The position numbers were made by a program, and so were the translations under genes. The notes beneath the pieces are model-generated. The model saw only the letters and a list, made by a program, of their open reading frames with translations. It searched no databases and was not told the origin of the DNA. DNA of 64,000 nucleotides from Candidatus Woesearchaeota archaeon (GTDB taxonomy: Archaea > Nanobdellota > Nanobdellia > Woesearchaeales > ARS49). Location: contig JAWADY010000001.1 of assembly GCA_038891615.1 (NCBI GenBank), forward strand, positions 192,001 through 256,000. The letters run 5' to 3'. Numbering within the stretch: the stretch's first letter is position 1; each line of letters starts with the position of its first letter. This document shows positions 39,230 to 49,795 of this stretch, in pieces.

Positions 39230-39967
39230 TTGGTCATAAAAAGGCTAATCAAAAACATATTTGAAACAACAAGAGATATTAATGAAGGCGTTTCTGAAAG
39301 TGTGACTGGTTTGAAAGAAAAGATTAAGCTTGCATTCAATAGCATTCCAAAACATGTTGCATTTGACATTGAAGATGGTCTGGGAGAAGCAAAAGCTCTC
39401 AAAGAACTCATATTTTCTGCTTCAAAGCTTAGGATACCTGTCATGACTTTTAATCTTCTCAAAAGCAATCACACAAGCCAACAGATTGACACATTGGTGG
39501 AAGTCCTAAGTGAGTTGTTACAGTGGCAGTACCTGCAAGAAAATCAATTCAAAGTTTCTGTGCTAGGGAGATGGTACAACCTTCCCGCAAGACTTGTTGA
39601 AAAGATAAAAGAACTGGTTGCAGCCACAAAAGACTATGATAAGTTTTTCCTGAACCTTTGTATAAACTATGATGGCCAAGAAGAAATTGTTGAGGCATGC
39701 AAGTTGATTGCAAAACAGGTTGAGCTTGGCAGAATATCGCCAGAAGGCATAACAAATGGAACGATAAAGGAACACCTCTGGACATCTTATTTCATCCCTC
39801 CTGAACTCATAATAAAGGTGGGCAAAGCTCAAAGTCTGGATGGCTTTCTGCTTTGGGATTCTGCAGGTGCGAGAATTTTCTTTGCAAATAAGCCATTTGG
39901 CGAATTCACAAAAGAAGACTTCCTTAAAGCAATAGAATGGACTCAGAAACAGAACAAGGTAAGATGA
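39230..39967 (+). CDS. cis-prenyltransferase (UppS)-fold protein, probably non-catalytic
   Basis: IPKHVAF, LNLCINYDGQEEI, PELII, LDGFLLW; lacks DGNRR. Confidence 0.75.
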   Translation: MVIKRLIKNIFETTRDINEGVSESVTGLKEKIKLAFNSIPKHVAFDIEDGLGEAKALKELIFSASKLRIPVMTFNLLKSNHTSQQIDTLVEVLSELLQWQYLQENQFKVSVLGRWYNLPARLVEKIKELVAATKDYDKFFLNLCINYDGQEEIVEACKLIAKQVELGRISPEGITNGTIKEHLWTSYFIPPELIIKVGKAQSLDGFLLWDSAGARIFFANKPFGEFTKEDFLKAIEWTQKQNKVR

Positions 39968-40278
39968 AGGAAAGGCGTGGCAAGTCTCAAACGCTTGAAG
40001 AGCTGATAAAAAAAGGAGCCGCTGTTCTTGGAGGAGGGCTTGCTATTTTTGTTGCATACAAACTCGGCATAGCAGACATGGCAATCGATCTTTTTGAAAC
40101 AAAATGGATTGTAAAAGATGGATACAAAATACCAGTTAGGCCAGATTTTGCTACAGTATTTGGCTACCATGTTGGAACCTATATCTCAAGCTGGCTTGGT
40201 GGAGGTCTTTTTGGTTACTTTTTAGCAGATGGGATTTACAAATTTTTAGAGCTGAGAAAGGTGAACAAAGAGCTTTGA
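39964..40278 (+). CDS. Small 2-TM membrane protein
   Basis: ATGA overlap with the upstream stop; two hydrophobic segments. Confidence 0.6.
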   Translation: MKERRGKSQTLEELIKKGAAVLGGGLAIFVAYKLGIADMAIDLFETKWIVKDGYKIPVRPDFATVFGYHVGTYISSWLGGGLFGYFLADGIYKFLELRKVNKEL

Positions 40279-40288
40279 TTAATCCCAC

Positions 40289-41083
40289 CTAATTTTTTCT
40301 CAACAATAGCCAAAGTCCTACAATAAAAAGAGGGATGTTCAAAAGCTGGCCCATAGTGAATGGTCCAATGAATATTTCTGGAACCCTAAAAAGTTCTGTT
40401 ATGAACCTAAAAACAGAGTACATCACTAAAAAAAGTGCAAATGCCGCTCCTTTTTTGAGGCTAATGACACCTTTATTCTTTTGCAAAACAAAAAGGGTTG
40501 CAAAGATGACAATACTGTAGAGTGATTCGTAGAGCTGGCTTGGGTGCCTAAAAACAGGGTTACCAGCAGCATCAACTTCGTTGTTGAAATTCACCCCCCA
40601 AGGTAGGTTTGTTTGCCAACCATAAAGCTCACTATTGAAGAAGTTTCCAATCCTGCCAATAGCAAGGGCAAGGGCGGCAGGTGTAACAAAAATGTCTGCT
40701 AACTCAAGAAAGCTGATGCTTTTTTTTCTTGTCAAAAGCGCACCTATAACAATCGCTCCAATAAGCCCACCATGAAAGCTTAGCCCGCCATGCCAAACAG
40801 CAACTATCTCAACAGGGCTAGTTATTAATCCTTGGGGCAAGCCATAAACCAACACCCAAAAAAGCCTTGCTGCTATCACCATTGCAATCACAATCCAGCT
40901 CATAAGCGCGTCAAAGTCTTCGACAGAAAGATTTTGCACCCTTCCTTTTTTCACACAAGCTCTTGCATAAAGATAAACAAAAAGAACTCCTAAAGCATAA
41001 AAAAAGCCATACCATCTTATTTTTATTGGGCCCAGGCTAAAGAAGACGGGATTCAACTTGTTATAAAAGACCATTCTTGCCAA
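40289..41083 (-). CDS. lgt: Prolipoprotein diacylglyceryl transferase
   Basis: IRWYG, GGLSFHGG, GRIGNFFNSELYG, HPSQLYES, RFITELFR. Confidence 0.93.
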   Translation of the reverse strand: MARMVFYNKLNPVFFSLGPIKIRWYGFFYALGVLFVYLYARACVKKGRVQNLSVEDFDALMSWIVIAMVIAARLFWVLVYGLPQGLITSPVEIVAVWHGGLSFHGGLIGAIVIGALLTRKKSISFLELADIFVTPAALALAIGRIGNFFNSELYGWQTNLPWGVNFNNEVDAAGNPVFRHPSQLYESLYSIVIFATLFVLQKNKGVISLKKGAAFALFLVMYSVFRFITELFRVPEIFIGPFTMGQLLNIPLFIVGLWLLLRKN

Positions 41084-41145
41084 AGCAAAGGCTATGAATA
41101 AATACTTTTCGGAAGAATGGTATAAAGTAAAAAGTGTTAATTAAT

Positions 41146-43599
41146 TCAAATCTTTGCCTTATAAAGCCTCATGAGCAACGAATTTGTAACAACGCTCACG
41201 GAGCTCAAAGCCATTGCTGCTGCTGCAAGAACAGGACTAAGAAGAAAGCCGGTGAATGGATAAAGTACACCAGCCGCAACCGGAACGCCCAAAGTGTTAT
41301 AGAGGAATGCCCAGAAAAGGTTTTGTTTAATTTTCTTTATTGTGTACTTACTCAAGTCTATTGCCGTGACAACATCTCGCAAGTCGTTCTTTATTAGTAC
41401 GATGTTTCCTGCTTCAAGAGCAACATCTGTGCCAGCGCCTATTGCTATACCAACATCTGCTTGCGCAAGCGCAGGAGCATCGTTTATGCCATCTCCAACC
41501 ATTGCAACCTTTCTACCTTGTGCTTGTAGCTTTTTTATAACCTCAACCTTTTGTCCAGGAAGAACCTCTGCCATAACCTCTTCAATGCCGAGTTGGCTGG
41601 CTATTGCCTTTGCGGTTCTGCTGTTATCCCCTGTCACCATAACAACCTTTTTTCTAAGGGCTTTCAAAGTATCAACGGCTTCTTTTGAATACTCTTTAAG
41701 TGTGTCTGCAGCTGCAACAATCCCAACAAGCTTCCTACCAACAGCAACAAGCATTGCTGTTTTTCCCTGCTCTTGAAGCTTTTCTAGTGCTCTTTCAGCC
41801 CCTTCAGAAAGCTCAATCCTTTCAGCCTTCATGAGTTGTGTTGTGCCAATAACAATGAGTTTTCCGCCATAGCTTGCAATGACGCCTTGGCCTGGCACTG
41901 CCTTGAACTCTTTTGCATCAGGAATTTTTATTCCCATTTTAAGCGCTCCATTTACTATTGCCTCGCCAAGTGGGTGTTCTGAGCCTTTTTCTGCAATTGC
42001 AGCAAAGGTTAGAAGCTCGCGCTCAGAAAGCTTATCCAAAGGTAGAATGTCAGAGAGTTCAGGGCTTCCCTTTGTCAGCGTTCCGGTTTTGTCAAGCACA
42101 ATGGTGTCAATTTTGCAGGCAAGCTCAAGAGCCTCGCCAGATTTTATGAGTATGCCGTGCTCTGCAGCCTTTCCTGTTCCCACCATTATTGCAGTGGGGG
42201 TAGCAAGGCCAAGAGCGCATGGGCAGGCAATTATCAAAACCGCAATGAATGTGCTTAATGCAAAAACAAATTCCTTTCCAATAATGCCATACCAAATGAC
42301 AAATGAAAGAATGGCTATCAGTATCACAACAGGAACAAAATAGGCTGAAACAAGGTCAGCAAGCCGTTGTATCGGTGCTCTGCTTGCCTGCGCATCCTCC
42401 ACGAGTTTTATTATTTGTGCAAGAAGGGTTTCCTTTCCGACTTTTGTTGCCCTAAACTTTAACATTCCATGCTTGTTTATTGTTGCCCCAATTACGTGGT
42501 CTCCGGGTTTTTTCTCGACAGGAATGCTTTCTCCGGTCACCATAGATTCGTCGACTGAAGAGTGTCCTGATATGACAATTCCATCTACAGGAATCTTCTC
42601 CCCAGGCCTTACAAAGATTATATCATCTACTTGAACCTGATCAACTGGTAACTCGAGCTCCTTTCCTCCACGAATAACTGTGGCAGTCTTTGGCTTAAGA
42701 CCTATTAGCCGCTTTATCGCCTCACTTGCTTTTCCTTTTGTTATTGCCTCAAGCCATTTGCCTAGAATTATGAATGTGATGATTATTGCAGAGGTATCAA
42801 AGTAGTAATGGCCACGAAATGCTGTTGGCCAAATTACTGCAAGCAGGCTATAGAGAAAAGCCGCGCTCGTGCCTATCGCGATAAGGCTGTCCATGTTTGC
42901 CCTTTTTGCCTTGAGTGCAATCCATGCTCCACGATAAAACCTTGCACCTACAAAGAATTGGATAGGGATTGTAAGCAAAAGCAAGAGCAGTCCGCGGTAT
43001 TTGAAATCAATCCAAAACCATTGCGGATAAGAGAGAACGAAAATTGGGATACTCAGCATCGCTCCTAGGAAAAACAACCTTCTGAGGCTATTGATTTCTC
43101 TTTGTCGCGCTAGCTTTTCCCTATCTTCAAGCTCAGGAGTTGTCGCTTCTTCGAGAGGCTCATAACCAGCTGCTTTTATTGCCTTTTTTATTTCATCAAT
43201 GGTAATTTTGGAAGGCTGGTATTTTATTATTGCAAGTTGGTTTACAAACAATTTCTTTTCAAGAATTCCAGGCAAGGTCGCAAGAGCATTATCAACCTCT
43301 GCAACGCAATGTGGATTATCCATTCCAACGACTTTTAGACGAGTCTCTGAAACGGCAGGCAGTGCCGGAACTTCCTTCTCTTCTGAAACCAAAACCTTGT
43401 AACCTGTTCCTTCAATGACTTTTTGCAACTGCTGTTTTGTTGTAAGTGTCGAATCAAATTCAACTGTTGCGCGTTCTGTAACAAAATTGACAACAGCATC
43501 TTTAACTCCAGCAGACTTTTTTAGCGCACGTTCTATCGTTGCTGCGCAACTCGCACAATGCATTCCTCCAATCGGAATTGTAATTTTTTCAAGCGGCAA
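41146..43599 (-). CDS. copA: Cu(I)-type P1B ATPase
   Basis: [38 protein letters not shown] and MALSS. Confidence 0.95.
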   Translation of the reverse strand: MPLEKITIPIGGMHCASCAATIERALKKSAGVKDAVVNFVTERATVEFDSTLTTKQQLQKVIEGTGYKVLVSEEKEVPALPAVSETRLKVVGMDNPHCVAEVDNALATLPGILEKKLFVNQLAIIKYQPSKITIDEIKKAIKAAGYEPLEEATTPELEDREKLARQREINSLRRLFFLGAMLSIPIFVLSYPQWFWIDFKYRGLLLLLLTIPIQFFVGARFYRGAWIALKAKRANMDSLIAIGTSAAFLYSLLAVIWPTAFRGHYYFDTSAIIITFIILGKWLEAITKGKASEAIKRLIGLKPKTATVIRGGKELELPVDQVQVDDIIFVRPGEKIPVDGIVISGHSSVDESMVTGESIPVEKKPGDHVIGATINKHGMLKFRATKVGKETLLAQIIKLVEDAQASRAPIQRLADLVSAYFVPVVILIAILSFVIWYGIIGKEFVFALSTFIAVLIIACPCALGLATPTAIMVGTGKAAEHGILIKSGEALELACKIDTIVLDKTGTLTKGSPELSDILPLDKLSERELLTFAAIAEKGSEHPLGEAIVNGALKMGIKIPDAKEFKAVPGQGVIASYGGKLIVIGTTQLMKAERIELSEGAERALEKLQEQGKTAMLVAVGRKLVGIVAAADTLKEYSKEAVDTLKALRKKVVMVTGDNSRTAKAIASQLGIEEVMAEVLPGQKVEVIKKLQAQGRKVAMVGDGINDAPALAQADVGIAIGAGTDVALEAGNIVLIKNDLRDVVTAIDLSKYTIKKIKQNLFWAFLYNTLGVPVAAGVLYPFTGFLLSPVLAAAAMALSSVSVVTNSLLMRLYKAKI

Positions 43600-43633
43600 C
43601 TTTTTTCCTCCTTTGACTTTTTATCATTTCAGT

Positions 43634-43828
43634 TCAAGAATTGCAAAAAGCGGTAGTAAGGCATCCCAAAATGAAAAAGTCAGCCCTAAATGGCGAAAGA
43701 AAGTAATCTGGGTAGACTCTGCGGTCAATCCCAAGAAAAGCACCTCCGTAGCTAGTCCAAAGAGAAAGAAAGGTGGGGAGCCGCATCAATCCAAGAATTA
43801 ATCCAAGATTTTTTGCATTAACTGCCAT
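43634..43828 (-). CDS. Small hydrophobic protein, possibly degenerate
   Basis: MAVNAKNLGLILG...YGGAFLG..VYPDY.LSP; directly upstream of copA. Confidence 0.35.
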   Translation of the reverse strand: MAVNAKNLGLILGLMRLPTFLSLWTSYGGAFLGIDRRVYPDYFLSPFRADFFILGCLTTAFCNS

Positions 43829-43979
43829 TCTTTGTCTAATATTTGGTTTGTGCATTTCTCTGGGGCATGCTCAAACTTTGCAATAAGGTTTGGCAGCGAA
43901 AGAAATATTAGGGTTCTTTATATTTCTTGCGCACAAAAATGGCAAAAAATTTATATATTTTAAAAGATGACTTAGAGGC

Positions 43980-44159
43980 ATGGTTGGCAAAACAAAATTC
44001 TTTTGCACCGCCTGCAAATGGAAGTTTACTGCCAACTATGCACCGAACCTTTGTCCTTACTGCGGTAAACAGAATTCAATTCAAGAGGATGTCTCTGTTG
44101 CTGCAGACCAGCTCCTAAAGGAAATAGAGGAGATGGAAGGGCAATTTGCGGAGAAATAG
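43980..44159 (+). CDS. 59-aa Zn-ribbon protein with acidic C-terminal helix
   Basis: Manual translation MVGKTKFFCTACKWKFTANYAPNLCPYCGKQNSIQEDVSVAADQLLKEIEEMEGQFAEK; TTTATATA upstream. Confidence 0.8.
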   Translation: MVGKTKFFCTACKWKFTANYAPNLCPYCGKQNSIQEDVSVAADQLLKEIEEMEGQFAEK

Positions 44160-44241
44160 TTGTTGCAGCAAAAAGGAGTAAAAGGACCTGGAACAACTTC
44201 TGCAAAAACCTTTTAAATCATAAAAAGCAAGCTTTGAAACA

Positions 44242-45972
44242 GTGATGAAACCATCTACTGCAAAGATAAAAGAGGCTATAAGAAAATGGGCACTACAGAA
44301 TGCAATTACCTATAAATACCAGGCTAATGTTGGAGCGGTTCTTGGCAAGATTCTTGCGGAGTTGCCCGAACTGAAAGAAGAGGCTGCTTCACTCCGCAAG
44401 CTAGTGTCAGAGATTGTTGCTGAGATAAACGCAATGCCTCCTGATAAGCAGCTTGATGAACTAAAGCGCATTGCTCCTGAACTTTTAGAAAAAAAGCCAA
44501 AGACGAAGGAAAAAGAACTTGAGGCACTACCAAACGCAACAAAAGGAAAGGTAGTTATGAGATTTGCTCCGAGTCCTTCTGGCCCACTGCACATCGGGCA
44601 CGCCCTTGTGCTGAGCCTGAATTCAGAGTACTGTAGACTTTATGATGGGAAACTGATACTTCGGATTGAGGATACAAATCCTGAAAACATTTATGAGCCG
44701 GCTTATCGAATGATTCCTGAAGAAGCAAACTGGTTGACAAAGGGAAACATTGCAAAGGTTGTCTTCCAATCCGACAGGTTGCACACCTATTACGACTATG
44801 CAGAAAAAATAATTGCTGCAGGCAAAGGGTATGTCTGTACATGCAACCCTGACAGCTTTAGAGAGCTGATTGCAAAAAAGAAAGCCTGCCCCTGCAGAGA
44901 GCTTCCGATAAAGGAACAACTGCTGCGCTGGGACAGGATGTTTTCTGGATACGAACCTGGTGAAGCAGTTGTAAGGATAAAAACAGACCTTAATGACCCA
45001 AATCCTGCAATGCGCGACTGGCCAGCATTAAGAATCAACCATACCGTGCACCCAAGAACAGGCACGAGCGAAAGGGTCTGGCCCCTAATGAACTTTGCAG
45101 TTGCAATCGATGACCATGAGCTTGGAATAACTCATACTATAAGGGGAAAGGACCATATGGACAATGCAAAACGTCAAAGTCATATCTTTGACATATTTGG
45201 CTGGGAAAAACCAACACATCTTTACTTTGGAAGGATAAACTTTACTGGTCTTGAACTGAGCAGCTCTGCCACTAAGGCGTTGATTGCACAAGGCAAGTAT
45301 TCCGGCTGGGATGACATAAGACTGCCATTCATTGCAGCACTTCGCAGACGCGGTTATCAGCCAGATGCTTTTATAAGGTACGCAATTGACATTGGCATAA
45401 GTCTTGCTGACAAGAGCATTTCTGCAGGAGATTTTTTCAAAGCGCTAGATGCTCACAACAGAGAGATTGTTGACAAAATCGCAAACAGGTATTTTTTTGT
45501 TGAAAATCCTATTAAGATTGAAATAGCAAATGTTCCAGAACTCAGTCCAAGGGTTGAACTTCATCCAGATTTTCTTGAGCGAGGATTTAGAGAGTTTATT
45601 ATAGAAAAAAGCTTTTACATATCAAGTGAAGACTTTGCAACAATAAAGCCTGACACAATCTATAGGCTGATAGGATGTTTGAACTTCATAAAAAAAGGAA
45701 AAAGGTTTGTATTTGATAGCGCGAGCTATGATGCATTTTGGAAGCAGCATGGCAAAGGAAATCTACACTGGCTTCCAGCAGATGGTCCAATGGCAAGTGA
45801 GCTTGTAAAGGTTGAGGTGATAATGGCGGATGGGAGTAGGCTCTCTGGACTTGGAGAACCAATGTTAAAGAATCTTAAGCTTGGTGAGATTGTGCAGTTT
45901 GAAAGAAGGTTTTTTGCAAGGCTTGATGAGAAGAAAAAAGATATGCTCATATTTTGGTATCTTCATAAATGA
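44242..45972 (+). CDS. gltX: Glutamate--tRNA ligase
   Basis: RFAPSPSGPLHIGH, RIEDTNP, THTIRGKDH. Confidence 0.97.
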   Translation: MMKPSTAKIKEAIRKWALQNAITYKYQANVGAVLGKILAELPELKEEAASLRKLVSEIVAEINAMPPDKQLDELKRIAPELLEKKPKTKEKELEALPNATKGKVVMRFAPSPSGPLHIGHALVLSLNSEYCRLYDGKLILRIEDTNPENIYEPAYRMIPEEANWLTKGNIAKVVFQSDRLHTYYDYAEKIIAAGKGYVCTCNPDSFRELIAKKKACPCRELPIKEQLLRWDRMFSGYEPGEAVVRIKTDLNDPNPAMRDWPALRINHTVHPRTGTSERVWPLMNFAVAIDDHELGITHTIRGKDHMDNAKRQSHIFDIFGWEKPTHLYFGRINFTGLELSSSATKALIAQGKYSGWDDIRLPFIAALRRRGYQPDAFIRYAIDIGISLADKSISAGDFFKALDAHNREIVDKIANRYFFVENPIKIEIANVPELSPRVELHPDFLERGFREFIIEKSFYISSEDFATIKPDTIYRLIGCLNFIKKGKRFVFDSASYDAFWKQHGKGNLHWLPADGPMASELVKVEVIMADGSRLSGLGEPMLKNLKLGEIVQFERRFFARLDEKKKDMLIFWYLHK

Positions 45973-46029
45973 TAAAAGAGAAAGAATTAAAAATAAAAAG
46001 AAAAGGAAAATCAATAAGGAGGTGAGAGT

Positions 46030-46194
46030 GTGTCATTGATAGTACGTTCGAGGATTAAGGATGTTGCAGGAGACTTCAATGTTGCTGGCGACTTTGCAGA
46101 TGCCCTTGAGAAAAAAGTTGAACAACTCATCAGGGATGCAATTGAACGTGCAAAGGCAAATAACAGACGCACAGTGATGAGTAAAGACCTCTAA
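46030..46194 (+). CDS. Small histone-fold protein (short alpha3 / face-to-face type), 54 aa
   Basis: Manual translation MSLIVRSRIKDVAGDFNVAGDFADALEKKVEQLIRDAIERAKANNRRTVMSKDL; SD AGGAGGTGA; R-T-V-x3-D histone motif. Confidence 0.9.
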   Translation: MSLIVRSRIKDVAGDFNVAGDFADALEKKVEQLIRDAIERAKANNRRTVMSKDL

Positions 46195-46225
46195 TTAGTG
46201 GTAAGCAAAACAAAAAGAAAGCTAG

Positions 46226-46723
46226 CTAAGAGGGGACTCTTGACTTAGACACAGACATTCCTAACTGTGCTTTAATATAATCAATCTTTTCTTTCAATGC
46301 AGCAAGCCTTTTTTTTGAGGCTTTTTTACCTTCGAGGCTTTTGTAAGTGCTTTCAAGCACTGCAAGCTTTTTTGCTAGTTCTTCTTTCTTTTTATTCAAT
46401 TCCACGACTTTCAAAAGCTTGTTAAGGTTTTGTTCAATTGCGGCTATTCTTTCCCTCAGACTTTTGTGAATTAAGCTTTCCTGCTGCTGTCGTATGATTA
46501 TTCTAGACTCTTTTTCAAGCGCTTCCTTTATAGCAGCCTCAAGTCGTTCAAGCTCGCCTTGTATGCTCTTTGTGCTAATCTTTTTTAGCTGGGATAGGTG
46601 CTCTTCAAGCCTTTTTCTAGCAAGCTCACGCTCATGAATTTTTTTTGAAGCCCTTGCCAGAAACTTCAGCAAGGTTGATGTTTTGCTATAGTCTAAGTTC
46701 TCCAAATCGTGAAGCGTTGGCAT
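46226..46723 (-). CDS. Basic coiled-coil hypothetical protein
   Basis: K/E/L heptad composition. Confidence 0.7.
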   Translation of the reverse strand: MPTLHDLENLDYSKTSTLLKFLARASKKIHERELARKRLEEHLSQLKKISTKSIQGELERLEAAIKEALEKESRIIIRQQQESLIHKSLRERIAAIEQNLNKLLKVVELNKKKEELAKKLAVLESTYKSLEGKKASKKRLAALKEKIDYIKAQLGMSVSKSRVPS

Positions 46724-46749
46724 TTGTACAAAGGCGTTCGGTGTTTATA

Positions 46750-47271
46750 CTAGCGCCTTTTTGGAGGAATAGGTGGCGGAGGAAGTCCTGGGGGAGCTGG
46801 CGCTGTGCTCGTAGGAGCTTGTGGCGTGGTAATTGGCCCTACTGGCGCAGGCATTGGCCTTGGCGATGGTGGAATGGCGTAAGGTGGCGCAGTTAGAGAT
46901 GGAATCCTTTCCACTTTCTGCTTAAGTTCATTGATGAGGTCTGCAAGAGCAACAATTCCTGAAGCTATTTCTGCATTTTGGTCAAGAATCTTTGACATCC
47001 TATCCATTAAAGGCTTCATTTTTTCTTGGAAGCTGAGACCACCTTCTTCAACTCTGAGTTCATGCATTGCCTCCTCAAAAATTGCAATTAGTTTATCCAG
47101 CTTTGCTGCCAGCTGATCCATTGAAATCTGCATGCGCCTTGCAGGGCCTGATGGAAACTCCTTTATTTTGGCCAATTCTTCTTGCATCTCTTTTATCTCT
47201 TTGTAGGGAACGAGCTCATACTCATTTGAAGGCTCTGTAGAGGGTGTTTCATCAACCATAACTATCACCAC
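46750..47271 (-). CDS. Coiled-coil protein with Pro-rich C-terminal tail
   Basis: Heptads, then PPSPRPMPAP...PPGLPPPPIPPKRR. Confidence 0.75.
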   Translation of the reverse strand: MVIVMVDETPSTEPSNEYELVPYKEIKEMQEELAKIKEFPSGPARRMQISMDQLAAKLDKLIAIFEEAMHELRVEEGGLSFQEKMKPLMDRMSKILDQNAEIASGIVALADLINELKQKVERIPSLTAPPYAIPPSPRPMPAPVGPITTPQAPTSTAPAPPGLPPPPIPPKRR

Positions 47272-47488
47272 TTTTTTGTTATTCTAAGCAATCAGCCAGT
47301 GGTTTATATAAAGATTTCGTTAAGAGCAGTTCTAGAATTACAAAAAATTTAAGCCTATAAAAGATTTATGGAGCAGATTATTGGCTATATTTGTTTTCTC
47401 TTTGTTTGCCAATGCTGGAAGGCATAGATAGAGCACTAGTCGCTTCTTGAGCTTGAAAGTGCTTTTTGTTTTCTTAACTAAAATTGAG

Positions 47489-49126
47489 CTAATACTCAGG
47501 CACTTCTCCAGACGGCATTCCGCCTGCACCAGGACCGCCACTTGGAGCAGGCTTTCCGCCCGCAATAACATCATCAATGCGCAAAATCATTTGCGCAACT
47601 TCTGATGCAGAAGTTATTGCCTGGGTTTTTATTTTCAATGGTTCAATGACTCCTTGCTTCCAACTGTCGACAACCTTCCCGGCAAAAACATCCACGCCTG
47701 CCCATTTCTGCTTCTTGTCGTGGGCTGCTTTTAGTTCGACAAGTATGTCTATTGGGTCAATTCCAGCATTTTCAGCAAGTGTTCTAGGAATTGCTTCCAT
47801 TGCCTCTGCAAATGCCTGCACTGCAAGTTGCTCCCTACCAGAAAGCGTTTCCGAGAATTTTCTTAAACCTCTTGCAACCTCGATTTCTGTTGCTCCTGCA
47901 CCAGCAACAACTTTTCCAGATTTCAGCGCAGCAGCAACATCTCCAATAGCATCGGACATTGCCCTTTTTGCCTCCTCTGCGACATGCTCTGTGCCGCCAC
48001 GGATAAGTATTGTGACAGACTTAGGATTCTTGCAGCCTGTGACATAAGTTAGCTCTTCTTCACCAATCTTGCGTTCTTCAACAACTCCGGCAAAACCAAG
48101 GTCGTTTGGGGTTAGGTCATCAAGATTTGTAACTATTGTAGCTCCTGTCGCCCTTGCAAGAGCTTCAAGGTCTGACTTTTTCACGCGCCTTGCAGCATAT
48201 ATGCCCTTTTTTGCAAGATAATGCTGGGCAATATCATCAATACCCTTCTGGCAGAAAATAACAGTTGCTCCTGAAGCCGCGATTTTGTCAACCATGCCCT
48301 TGAGCATTTTTTCTTCTTGGTCAAGGAATGCCTGCATCTGGGCAGGATCTGTTATTTGTATTTTCGCATCAATCTCGGTGTCTTTTATCTCTATGGCAGA
48401 GTCGATGAGGGCAATCTTTGCATTTTTTATTAGCTTTGGCATTGCCGGATGAACTGCTTCTTTTTCAAGAACAACGCCTTCGATTAGTTCGGTGTCTTCA
48501 ACAGAACCACCAACCTTTTTCTCAAGCTTTATGTTTTCCTTGTCAAAAAAGAACTTCCCATCGACATGCTCAATAACGCGTTTGACTGCTCTCACGGCAA
48601 TTTCTGAAAGTTTTTCTTTTGCTGTTTCTGCACCCTTACCTGTTATTGCTGTTGCAGCAATCCTACGCAGAAGGACTTCATCCTTTTCGGAAATCGGCTC
48701 AGCAATCTTGGCAAGAATATCACAGGCAGTTTCTGCAGCAATCCTGTAGCCCTTTGCAATGACAGTTGGATGAACTTCTTGTTCGATAAGCTCTTCTGCT
48801 TTTTTTAACAACTCTCCTGCAATCACAACAGCCGTTGTTGTGCCATCTCCTATTTCTGCTTCTTGCGTCTTTGCAACCTCAACAATCATTTTTGCAGCAG
48901 GATGCTCAACTTGCATCTGCTCAAGAATTGTCACGCCATCATTTGTCACAGTTATATCTCCCATAGAATCAATAATCATCTTGTCCATTCCTTTTGGGCC
49001 AAGTGTTGTGCGCACAGTCTCTGCAACAAGCTTTGCTGCCATTATATTGTTCTTTTGGGCAGTCCTGCCTGTTGTTCTCTGGGTGCCTTCAGGAAGTATG
49101 AAGATTGGTTGAATTTGATTTGCCAT
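47489..49126 (-). CDS. thsA: Thermosome subunit (group II chaperonin)
   Basis: [29 protein letters not shown]. Confidence 0.97.
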   Translation of the reverse strand: MANQIQPIFILPEGTQRTTGRTAQKNNIMAAKLVAETVRTTLGPKGMDKMIIDSMGDITVTNDGVTILEQMQVEHPAAKMIVEVAKTQEAEIGDGTTTAVVIAGELLKKAEELIEQEVHPTVIAKGYRIAAETACDILAKIAEPISEKDEVLLRRIAATAITGKGAETAKEKLSEIAVRAVKRVIEHVDGKFFFDKENIKLEKKVGGSVEDTELIEGVVLEKEAVHPAMPKLIKNAKIALIDSAIEIKDTEIDAKIQITDPAQMQAFLDQEEKMLKGMVDKIAASGATVIFCQKGIDDIAQHYLAKKGIYAARRVKKSDLEALARATGATIVTNLDDLTPNDLGFAGVVEERKIGEEELTYVTGCKNPKSVTILIRGGTEHVAEEAKRAMSDAIGDVAAALKSGKVVAGAGATEIEVARGLRKFSETLSGREQLAVQAFAEAMEAIPRTLAENAGIDPIDILVELKAAHDKKQKWAGVDVFAGKVVDSWKQGVIEPLKIKTQAITSASEVAQMILRIDDVIAGGKPAPSGGPGAGGMPSGEVPEY

Positions 49127-49602
49127 CTTTAAATCACCCCCTTCTGAATAATAAATTAAATAAAATTCAAGTTGTGCTTAGTTTTTTAAGAGGTGATATT
49201 TAAATTTTATGCATAAGCAAAACAAATCTTGCATTATTGACTGAAAGAGTTGCAATATCTGTGTAAAAGTGGGTAAATTTTGCGGGTTTTAGTAAAAGAA
49301 CTGGTTGCACGCTATCTTATTTTGTTTTTGATAAAAAGTCTTAACAATAGAAGCAACTTATGTTAGCTGTCTGCATATTATATATATTACTACATGTAAT
49401 AACTTGTACAAATAAATACATATAAAAATACAAATAAAACTTATAAAAAAATAAAAACTTAAAATAATGAATATAAAAGGTAAAAAAGCACATAACTACT
49501 GAATCATTAATGTGAAAATGCAGATAGTAACATAGAAAAGTATATATACTAGTATTAATAAAAAAATATTAAAACTTGCAAGCAAAATAAAAGAGGGAAT
49601 TA

Positions 49603-49791
49603 ATGACATCCAACACCTCTGTTCTGCAATTTCCAAATAAAAAACAGTTCATAATCACTGTTCCAAAAGGTCTTGTTCTTGCAAAAGGGTGGAAACAAGG
49701 CGATATCATAGAATTCACATTTGATGAACGAGGAAACCTCATTATGAAAAAAATTGGTGAGAAAAAGAATGCAAGCAATAAGGTGGAATAA
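49603..49791 (+). CDS. AbrB/SpoVT-like DNA-binding protein
   Basis: QFIITVPK...GWKQGDIIEF. Confidence 0.8.
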   Translation: MTSNTSVLQFPNKKQFIITVPKGLVLAKGWKQGDIIEFTFDERGNLIMKKIGEKKNASNKVE

Positions 49792-49795
49792 AATA

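Noticed and set aside
49127-49602. Replication origin in the AT-rich intergenic region
   Set aside because: No ORB-like boxes and no cdc6/orc1 nearby; explained by divergent promoters
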